Shown here: in pieces, positions 46,373 to 53,403 of the stretch
Layout of the letters: each line of letters opens with the position of its first letter
Numbering within the stretch: the first letter of the stretch is position 1
Translations under genes and position numbers: made by a program
The notes under the pieces: model-generated
Told to the model about the DNA's origin: nothing
Database searches by the model: none
Seen by the model: only the letters and a program-made list of their open reading frames with translations
Source of the DNA: a virus
Length of the DNA: 64,000 bases
Virus record (IMG/VR): IMGVR_UViG_3300036766_000032
Coordinates: 1 to 64,000 of that record
Direction: 5' to 3' (one strand)

Positions 46373-47181
46373 TGGAGCAGCCTCCGGAACGGCTCACCAG
46401 ACTCAAGTTCTGCAACGGACCACTGCGAGTCGGCGACGTGCTCCAGGAAGTCTTCTCGGTCTTCCGGATAGTACGGAGACTCAATGGAGTCGATAGAGTG
46501 CATCGCCATGCGCCGCGCGATGCTGTACGGACCAATTACGAACACTGGTACACCGTGGATCAAAGCGAGCATAGCGGCCTTGGAGCTCCACGTCACCAGC
46601 GCCCAACAGTCTGCAAGGAGCTGCGGAATGGGCGCTCGGTCGATCCGCACGCCGTCCCCTGTGGTATAGGGGTCTTTGCTCCCAGGCTTCGGGTGAATGA
46701 GGATCGGGCGATCCGTACGGTGACGAAGTTCCGTATGAATTGATTCAAGCCATTTAACAGGCATAGACACCGTGGTGTCCCGATGCCCCATCTGGCCAAC
46801 AACAAGAATGTGACTGCCCGTCTTCCTCCATGGCTTGATCTCGTGCCCGAGGGCGGCGAAGCGCTCTCGGTTATCGGAGCCGTGGTCCCCCCTCCCGTTG
46901 TAGCCTTCCCGCCCTACCGTGTAGACCTTCCTACCGTCTACAGGAGTCACATACCCGTTTTCCATGACGAGCCACGAACCTCCACCAGCGGCGTGCCCCT
47001 TTCCGAGCTTCTCGGCTAGAGAGCCACGCCACGGAGTCCACGTCACCAGCGCGCATTCGGGTCGGCGGTCGAACATGTTGGTTCGTCTTAGACCCATGAC
47101 AGTCATACCCTTGTCGATGCTCGCGTGGGGATACGGGTCTACCCTCCGAACCATGTTAAAGAAAGAGGTCGCGGAGGTCAT
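46369..47181 (-). CDS. capsule-biosynthesis-like glycosyltransferase paralogue 1
   Basis: ENGY, IHPK, TWSSKAAMLALIHGVPV, SQWSVAEL; start may be 47211. Confidence 0.65.
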   Translation of the reverse strand: MTSATSFFNMVRRVDPYPHASIDKGMTVMGLRRTNMFDRRPECALVTWTPWRGSLAEKLGKGHAAGGGSWLVMENGYVTPVDGRKVYTVGREGYNGRGDHGSDNRERFAALGHEIKPWRKTGSHILVVGQMGHRDTTVSMPVKWLESIHTELRHRTDRPILIHPKPGSKDPYTTGDGVRIDRAPIPQLLADCWALVTWSSKAAMLALIHGVPVFVIGPYSIARRMAMHSIDSIESPYYPEDREDFLEHVADSQWSVAELESGEPFRRLLQ

Positions 47182-47289
47182 GTGTGGGGGCCTACGATGC
47201 GAAGAATGCATGTACCTAGAGCCGGAGGAATAGCTCGCAGATTTCCGGATTTTAGAAGCTCACGTGTGTTCTCTTCACGCTGATGGACT

Positions 47290-47844
47290 CTAGCAAAATT
47301 CATCTATCGTCTCTTTTCTAAAGCACTCAAGGGCTGAGTCTGGGTTAGCGTTCACGATGTCTATTCCCAGTTCCTTAAGAGGTTCGACCAGCGTGGGGAA
47401 GAAGGCGATCATCTTCTCTATACGCCCGGACCGCACCGGATAGCCGTCATGCCAATGCGTCCGGTCCGTGTACTTCATGTCATAGCCTAGCAGAACGATC
47501 TTGCTTGGCTTCATCTGAGCCGCCAAGTTGATCGCTGCGAATCCGCTAGAATTGCCGGTGCGTAGCTGTCCAGGAATCAAGTCTAGCCCAAATGTCCCGG
47601 TGGCTCTGTAGTTAATCACGTCCTTGTCCTTAACCTGTCTGTCCACGGTGATCTTTATCCCTGCGTGGAGGCGGAGCGCCCCCGCGTACCAGTTCCAGAA
47701 CCGCGCATCGCTGAAGTATACGTACTCGGCGCATGGGACGACCTCAAACGCACGGTTGACGGCGATGACGAACTGCCCCTTCAGCACGCGCCAATCGAAC
47801 CCCACCAATGAAGGGCCACCACCGACACAGAAGATGGTCTTCAT
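47290..47844 (-). CDS. DUF115/Maf-like (sialyltransferase-like) transferase
   Basis: VGGGPSL, IAVN, SSGFAAINLA, IVLLGYD. Confidence 0.7.
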   Translation of the reverse strand: MKTIFCVGGGPSLVGFDWRVLKGQFVIAVNRAFEVVPCAEYVYFSDARFWNWYAGALRLHAGIKITVDRQVKDKDVINYRATGTFGLDLIPGQLRTGNSSGFAAINLAAQMKPSKIVLLGYDMKYTDRTHWHDGYPVRSGRIEKMIAFFPTLVEPLKELGIDIVNANPDSALECFRKETIDEFC

Positions 47845-48224
47845 ACGCGCACCCGAAGCGTCTTGAAGTTTAGTGACAGCTTCGGGCGATAATTTGCATC
47901 GTACCCTAACGGAGTCGGTCCGCTGCTCACGTAGACGAACGTGGAGTTTGGCAGGGCGGAGTCGTTAAGCGCTGCGAACACTCCGTCTAGCTTGGTCCGA
48001 GCATCTTCATACCTGTACGCCGCTGCGCGGACCTGTATCTGAAACGTTATCTCATCCACCCGCGTACCTTCCGTCTGGTCCGCTGGTTCGCCCCCCGTCT
48101 CTGTTACGGCTACCGCTTGATCCGGATCGGGAGGTAGGTAGCCGAGGAATAGCGTCCAGCCGGTTACACCGCCGACGACTCCCGCATTGACCAGAACAGT
48201 TTGAATGTCCGTCAGGAGACTCAC
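47841..48224 (-). CDS. tail terminator
   Basis: position after the HK97 gp10-like gene; PDQAVAV.ETGG, FQIQVRA, LGYD..RP..S.NF. Confidence 0.7.
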   Translation of the reverse strand: MSLLTDIQTVLVNAGVVGGVTGWTLFLGYLPPDPDQAVAVTETGGEPADQTEGTRVDEITFQIQVRAAAYRYEDARTKLDGVFAALNDSALPNSTFVYVSSGPTPLGYDANYRPKLSLNFKTLRVRV

Positions 48225-48598
48225 TTCTTGCCCCCTCGAATGTCATTAAGAAGCTCCCGCTGAGCCTCCCGATAAGGACGTCCCAGATAGTCCGCTTGAC
48301 CGACCTTGTGCTCCGCCAAGGCGTCCTCGTGGACGAACACGGCATAGGGTGCGGCGGGTCCGCCGTAGCCTAGCTCTACAGTAAACCGCTCCCCCTGTTC
48401 GCGGACTTGCACACTGCCAGAATCCTTCAGAGCTCCAGTGAGTACCGGGACCAGCTTCTTAGATTTCGCCATGATCTTCTCTCCGTGCTGATACAGCAAT
48501 CGGCAGATGCGCTTATATTCAGAAGTCGCGCGTTTAGTCATAGCCACCTGTAATCGATCCGGGGCGAGGAGGGTCAGCGTAACGACGGGCTTAGCCAT
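48221..48598 (-). CDS. HK97 gp10-like neck protein
   Basis: VPVLTGALKDS, YAVFVHE, GQADYL. Confidence 0.75.
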   Translation of the reverse strand: MAKPVVTLTLLAPDRLQVAMTKRATSEYKRICRLLYQHGEKIMAKSKKLVPVLTGALKDSGSVQVREQGERFTVELGYGGPAAPYAVFVHEDALAEHKVGQADYLGRPYREAQRELLNDIRGGKK

Positions 48599-48603
48599 GA
48601 GCT

Positions 48604-48921
48604 CTATCCAAAGTAGATTTTGGTGTGGTGGTGCCCCACTTCATCCGACTGTCTCTCCAGCATCACAATCGCTGGAGTGCTGCCGTCTGGGAGCGTGATC
48701 CGGTCGTCCTCTTTGACCAAGACGTACACGCTCAACCAAACGTACCCATTCACCAGAATGTCCGATCCGTCGGCAGCCTTCACCTTAGACGCTTTATGCA
48801 CGACACGCGCCGAGTACGCTACTGGAGTCCCATACAGCGGTTCGCCGTGATCTGTTCTACCGATGAGCGAGGAGTGCTCTACAGTAAACGGCATCATGTC
48901 TGCCCAGTCAGAAACCGGCAT
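48604..48921 (-). CDS. head closure (stopper) protein
   Basis: position and size; DHGEPLYG, DRITLPDG. Confidence 0.65.
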   Translation of the reverse strand: MPVSDWADMMPFTVEHSSLIGRTDHGEPLYGTPVAYSARVVHKASKVKAADGSDILVNGYVWLSVYVLVKEDDRITLPDGSTPAIVMLERQSDEVGHHHTKIYFG

Positions 48922-48950
48922 GGGAAGCCTCTGACCTGTACTGTGTTAGG

Positions 48951-49017
48951 ACCGACCCCGCCTGACGAGTCACCATGGAGGTAGCGAAGGTCTGACTTCT
49001 CACCAGACGGGGTCGGT
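48951..49017. other. intergenic long hairpin
   Basis: - strand ACCGACCCCGTCTG pairs with CAGGCGGGGTCGGT (14 bp, one G-U) plus inner AGTCA/TGACT. Confidence 0.6.
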
Positions 49018-49031
49018 TTTCGGTTGATCGA

Positions 49032-49487
49032 TTATAGATAGTCATCATCCCGGTCCTCGTTAACTGCCGGACGAGGATTGTCATGCAGTCCTCTACGGAA
49101 GTTCGGCTGAACTCGGTCATTGTCCCGTTCCCGCGTATCCTTGTCAGAGACACTGATGCCCCCCGAATACGGTCGTGGAGTCAGCGTACCGGCCATCGGG
49201 TCATTGGCTGAAGCGATCAGATCCTTGGACAGTGCTAGATAGTGGTCGTACCTCTGCGAGTAGCTGATACTAAGATCGCCCACTGACCGGTCCGCTTTCC
49301 GGGCAAACTTGGCCGCGATCGCCGCCGCTACTCCGCCCGCTGCGAGTAGAGTTGTGCCGGTAGTAGTCACCGAGTACGTGATCTCTTCGTCGGAAACCAA
49401 CTGGTCAGTTGAGTCCGTATCCCCCACTAGGAAACGAACTTCGTCGACTGAAGAACTAGACGGATCGCCCGAGTATGACCACGTCAT
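49032..49487 (-). CDS. head-tail adaptor
   Basis: MTWSYSGDP, VRFLVGDTD, SDEEI, SVGDLSISY. Confidence 0.75.
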   Translation of the reverse strand: MTWSYSGDPSSSSVDEVRFLVGDTDSTDQLVSDEEITYSVTTTGTTLLAAGGVAAAIAAKFARKADRSVGDLSISYSQRYDHYLALSKDLIASANDPMAGTLTPRPYSGGISVSDKDTRERDNDRVQPNFRRGLHDNPRPAVNEDRDDDYL

Positions 49488-49498
49488 GTCGTAATCCT

Positions 49499-49798
49499 CT
49501 AGTCGTAGTACGTGACGTTAAGTATCGCCCCGGAAGCGGCCTGAATGAACTTGACCGTAGATAGATTCCCGGCATACACCATGGAGGCACCAACAGCTAG
49601 AGGCATACCCACCGTGCTAGATGGATCCACACTGTCATCCCTCCATCTAACAATCTGCGCCTCTGCCTGAATGACCGCGATCCGTGCAAAAGACGGAACC
49701 GTTAGACCGACTGCTGACGACAACGAGGTAATCTGCTGATAGCCCTTCGGCTTACGACTTGCGTCAATTGAATAGACGCGGCGCTTGTCTGCACTCAT
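49499..49798 (-). CDS. small beta-rich virion protein
   Basis: VRWRDDSVDP...GM; GGAGG RBS; head module. Confidence 0.5.
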   Translation of the reverse strand: MSADKRRVYSIDASRKPKGYQQITSLSSAVGLTVPSFARIAVIQAEAQIVRWRDDSVDPSSTVGMPLAVGASMVYAGNLSTVKFIQAASGAILNVTYYD

Positions 49799-49799
49799 C

Positions 49800-50162
49800 T
49801 CATCCTCCTGTTAGTGGTCCCATAGGACTCTTCAACACCAGTCTCAGAATAACTCCAACCAAACCACTGACAAGACCCAGCATAACAGTGACCACCAGAA
49901 TTCCTATCTTGAACCACCGTGAACTCTCTTCCTTTACTGTGGTCTTGATGTCTGCCTGAATCCCGTTTACAGACAGCCGTATGTCGGACCTGACTTCCTC
50001 AAAGTTATTTTGAATCTGTGCGTATCGCTCGGTACACACTTTCTCATGCCCTTCAATCTTAACCAACGACGTGGTCGCGATCTCTAATGCCCGTGTATCT
50101 ACCGACGACTGGCGCCGATCTTGGTGGTCAGCCAGCGTCACGAACTTCATCCGGCGTAGCAT
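49800..50162 (-). CDS. membrane protein, holin/XhlA-like
   Basis: HEKVCTERY coiled coil then a single C-terminal TM helix; start uncertain. Confidence 0.45.
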   Translation of the reverse strand: MLRRMKFVTLADHQDRRQSSVDTRALEIATTSLVKIEGHEKVCTERYAQIQNNFEEVRSDIRLSVNGIQADIKTTVKEESSRWFKIGILVVTVMLGLVSGLVGVILRLVLKSPMGPLTGG

Positions 50163-50616
50163 CTACTTCTACGATGTCCGCGAAGTTGACTTCCCACTCG
50201 TCCTCGCCGACTGTAACTTCCGCGGTCTTGGCCGCACGAACAACTCGCTTCACGGTCCCAACTTGCTGCACTCCATCCGTCAGAAACGCAACGACTACAC
50301 CCTTGCGAAGCTTCTTAAGTACATCTGCTGAGACTGTCCCCGAATCTGGTGCTTGATTAGAGTCCAGTACTGCTTGCACAGCCCCATCACCACCTTTCTT
50401 CCTTCCTTCCAAAACGTCAATGCGAGCTTCCAATTCAATAAGCTTGTTCCACACCCCATTCTCGTCAGTGAACTCCTCAACGGTACGGGAACCAATCAAA
50501 GCGTTCTGGACCGACGGAGAGATCGCAGCCCATTCGGACTCACTTAGCGTGTCCTGCAGAGCACGACGATTCTTCCCGCCGATCCGAACATTTTTCAAAC
50601 ACCGAATCACCTTCAT
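50128..50616 (-). CDS. hypothetical head-module protein
   Basis: GGAGGAGG RBS. Confidence 0.55.
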   Translation of the reverse strand: MKVIRCLKNVRIGGKNRRALQDTLSESEWAAISPSVQNALIGSRTVEEFTDENGVWNKLIELEARIDVLEGRKKGGDGAVQAVLDSNQAPDSGTVSADVLKKLRKGVVVAFLTDGVQQVGTVKRVVRAAKTAEVTVGEDEWEVNFADIVEVDATPDEVRDAG

Positions 50617-50649
50617 TTGACAGCCTCCTCCGATCCGATTAAAGACTGA

Positions 50650-50904
50650 TTATGCACTAGTGACCAACTTCCAGACTGGACTCGCCTTCGTCCCTCCATT
50701 GAGATACAGCTTCATGTTAGTCGTATCCGTACACTCAGAACCCGGTCCGGCCCATCCTGCACCCGTGCCAGTACCCGCTACACCGTTCGCCGGAATGCCC
50801 ACATTCGTGAACTTCCAAACACCTACTCCGATCTGGACACCTCCTTGGAAACTGCCAGCGCCCTTCGGTCCACTTGAAGAACGACGCTTCGTTGTCGCTA
50901 CCAT
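50650..50904 (-). CDS. small capsid decoration/fibre-like protein
   Basis: AGPGSECTDTTNMKLYLNGGTKASPVW motif; directly after the major capsid gene. Confidence 0.5.
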   Translation of the reverse strand: MVATTKRRSSSGPKGAGSFQGGVQIGVGVWKFTNVGIPANGVAGTGTGAGWAGPGSECTDTTNMKLYLNGGTKASPVWKLVTSA

Positions 50905-50932
50905 GACTTATCCTCCGTCTCGTTGTTAAGTC

Positions 50933-50956
50933 AGCGGCCCGCCTGAGAGGGCCGCT
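50933..50956 (-). terminator. hairpin after the major capsid gene (weak terminator or stabiliser)
   Basis: AGCGGCCC/GGGCCGCT 8-bp stem, poor U tract. Confidence 0.45.
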
Positions 50957-50960
50957 AGCA

Positions 50961-51917
50961 TTACGCCACCGCGCCGCTGAAGAAGTAGCCTGCGTCCGTC
51001 ATGACCACTTTCTGATCATAAGAGAACTCGCCTTCCACGCGGTCCGACTCCAGGTGTTCCATACGGAAGCGCTTAACACGCACGCCACCATTGGCACCTG
51101 AGAACTTCGACCATGTGAACGAGTATCCTGCCGACGGAACCATCAGCCCAGGACTTGGCGCTACGAAGCACAACAGCGCATGCTTGCCAAGTACGAACGC
51201 GTCGACGTCGGTCGCAGCGAGCTCTTCGCTCGTCGTGTAAGACGCTTGTGCTACGATGTACCGATCCACTTCGAAGAAGCGCGCCAATAACGCCGTAGTG
51301 ATCGCATCCGACGTGGTGTGCTTGTACCGATCGGTTATGATCGGATGACGTTTCAAAGCTTGATGCACATCGTACCCGACCACGAGAGTGTTCGGATTCA
51401 GACCGAGAGCCTTGCGGATCTTGGTCTTGCCAGCGTCGATGTCTGCTTCCGGGTCGGATCCACCGTCATCCCAAAGTGCGAAGTCGGTGCTGCCGGTCTT
51501 ATCCGTTCCCCACACGCTGGTGGTGAAATACTTAGTTCCCCAGTTGACTTCTTTCTGGATCAGCATCTGCTGAGTGATGAACTCAGTGGCGCTGCGATCC
51601 ATGTCCAACGAAGGGTCCGCGTTGTTACGGATCTGGTCCGGAACGTCGTGGTGGAACGCGTATACCTCCGCTTTGTAAGTGTCAGTGTCCACGTTGAAGC
51701 CGCTACCGGCGGATTCAGCGCCAGGAGCACGAGGGCGCGCGTTGTTACGACGGAAGTCCCGGCTGCGATACTTGAAATAAGAATCGGACTGGAACTCCAC
51801 GGGAACTGCCGGAAATACTTGCGTCGCGACGAAGTCGGATGCACTCTGAATAGCAGCGACAGCAATGTTAGTCAGTGAACGTACGACGTGCACGTCACCT
51901 CGTGTGGGTTGCGGCAT
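50961..51917 (-). CDS. major capsid protein (HK97 fold)
   Basis: follows scaffold and cement genes; LTNIAV, VFPAVPV, RAPGAES, DPEADI, PNTLVVG, KRHP, PSAGYSF. Confidence 0.85.
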   Translation of the reverse strand: MPQPTRGDVHVVRSLTNIAVAAIQSASDFVATQVFPAVPVEFQSDSYFKYRSRDFRRNNARPRAPGAESAGSGFNVDTDTYKAEVYAFHHDVPDQIRNNADPSLDMDRSATEFITQQMLIQKEVNWGTKYFTTSVWGTDKTGSTDFALWDDGGSDPEADIDAGKTKIRKALGLNPNTLVVGYDVHQALKRHPIITDRYKHTTSDAITTALLARFFEVDRYIVAQASYTTSEELAATDVDAFVLGKHALLCFVAPSPGLMVPSAGYSFTWSKFSGANGGVRVKRFRMEHLESDRVEGEFSYDQKVVMTDAGYFFSGAVA

Positions 51918-51976
51918 TGTTAAATCCTCCTAAATAAAGACTCAAAGTGGTTGGTGTACTTCTTCTACCTTACTGA

Positions 51977-52378
51977 TTACGCGTGTTCAACGATGAACGT
52001 CGGGAACCCGACTGTTACCGTGGCCAGTTCCCCGGTCGCAGCACCGACGAGAACCTGTCCTGCCACGTAGTCACCAAGATCAGCGCCCGTGTACGTCTTC
52101 TCAACCTTCGTTGCCTTGCCTAGCGTGGTGGTCCCCCAGTAGTCACCGGCCACCAGAGCTTCTGCCGCCATGACCTTCGTCACTCCCAACACCATTACTT
52201 CACCCGCCATGCCGGAGTCCGGCTTGTCTTGCAACACACCCAGCAGAACTTCACCGTCCGTGTCACAGAGCGAAAACTGATTGTCCGCCGACACCTTGAC
52301 GCACTTGTACTGATTGCTCGCCATGCTGGCGTTCGCAACCAGTGCGCCGATACTGCCAATCTTCTGTTCCCATGCCAT
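51977..52378 (-). CDS. capsid cement protein (DUF2190-like)
   Basis: LGVLQDKP..G...EV...GVTKV.A; upstream of the major capsid gene. Confidence 0.7.
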   Translation of the reverse strand: MAWEQKIGSIGALVANASMASNQYKCVKVSADNQFSLCDTDGEVLLGVLQDKPDSGMAGEVMVLGVTKVMAAEALVAGDYWGTTTLGKATKVEKTYTGADLGDYVAGQVLVGAATGELATVTVGFPTFIVEHA

Positions 52379-52435
52379 TGCGATTTCCTCTTCAGATTGT
52401 TAAATAGACTACGCAGAATTCCGCTGTATTGACTA

Positions 52436-53395
52436 CTAGCGAACTTCGCGCTCCTGCCGTTCTTTCTTGGCGAGATCTGGGTGCTCATCCAGCGCCTTGA
52501 GGAACGCTTGCTCGATTGTGATTTTACCACCATCACGCTTACGGATTTCCTCAGCCTTGCGAGTGAGTTGATCCGTCGCCGTTGCACGATCGCCTTCAAG
52601 ATCCCCACCGGCCGACCCAAGTTCCTTGAAACTCGCAGACATCCCTTTGTCCGCCGCTTTGAGAACTCGATCCAGTTCTTCATACATTGCAGTCGGCATA
52701 GCTTCCGAAGCAGACTTTAGCACCGGACCGAAGCGCGCGGGGTCCACTGACAGGTGTTTCAGATCCGCAGCTTTGGCGATGAATTCCTTCATCTTGCGTT
52801 CGTCACGCTCCTGCTTCAGTACAGCTTCCGACGTGGCGAGTGCCGCCGTGTTCGCACGGTTCTGCTTCCACAGTAGCTCCACGAACGGGCGCATTGCGAC
52901 TGGGATCTTTTCCGAGTCCAATGAACCGTCTGCCTTCATCACAGCTTTACAGGCTTCATCCTCGGACAATGCCGGATCACCCTTTGCTTTCGATTCCATG
53001 GCCGCGTCCGGTTCCTTTGGCTCTTCCGGATACTTGTATCCCGCCATGTCGGCAAGTGTCTTGATGATGTCTTCCGGGAGTTCCCCTTTGACAGACTCAA
53101 GAGCTTTGAGCGCGGTCTTGACTGCGGTCGTTGCATCTTCTGACAGACCTGCTTTCGCAAGAACTTCGGAAAACTTGACATCGGACTTGGCAACGCTTCG
53201 AAGAATCTTGAGTAAGCCACCGTTACCGGCAACCGACTTCAAGACTTCTGCGTCTTCATCTGTACTGACGTTCAAAATAACTTCGTTCATGAGACCTCCT
53301 GCGTTCTTCAGTAAAATAAATTTCCAGCGGTTTGCTGGGTGGTCAACAACCGAGACTTCTGCTACCTCCAAATCAACTAATTCTTTCTGCGGCAC
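52436..53395 (-). CDS. capsid scaffold with XkdF-type N-terminal peptide
   Basis: MPQKELVDLEVAEVSVVDHPANRWKFILLK then charged helical region ending EHPDL. Confidence 0.7.
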   Translation of the reverse strand: MPQKELVDLEVAEVSVVDHPANRWKFILLKNAGGLMNEVILNVSTDEDAEVLKSVAGNGGLLKILRSVAKSDVKFSEVLAKAGLSEDATTAVKTALKALESVKGELPEDIIKTLADMAGYKYPEEPKEPDAAMESKAKGDPALSEDEACKAVMKADGSLDSEKIPVAMRPFVELLWKQNRANTAALATSEAVLKQERDERKMKEFIAKAADLKHLSVDPARFGPVLKSASEAMPTAMYEELDRVLKAADKGMSASFKELGSAGGDLEGDRATATDQLTRKAEEIRKRDGGKITIEQAFLKALDEHPDLAKKERQEREVR

Positions 53396-53403
53396 CGATC
53401 ACC

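Noticed and set aside
48962-48990. CTGACGA suggesting a hammerhead ribozyme core
   Set aside because: No GAAA core element or three-stem junction, and it lies antisense to the operon.
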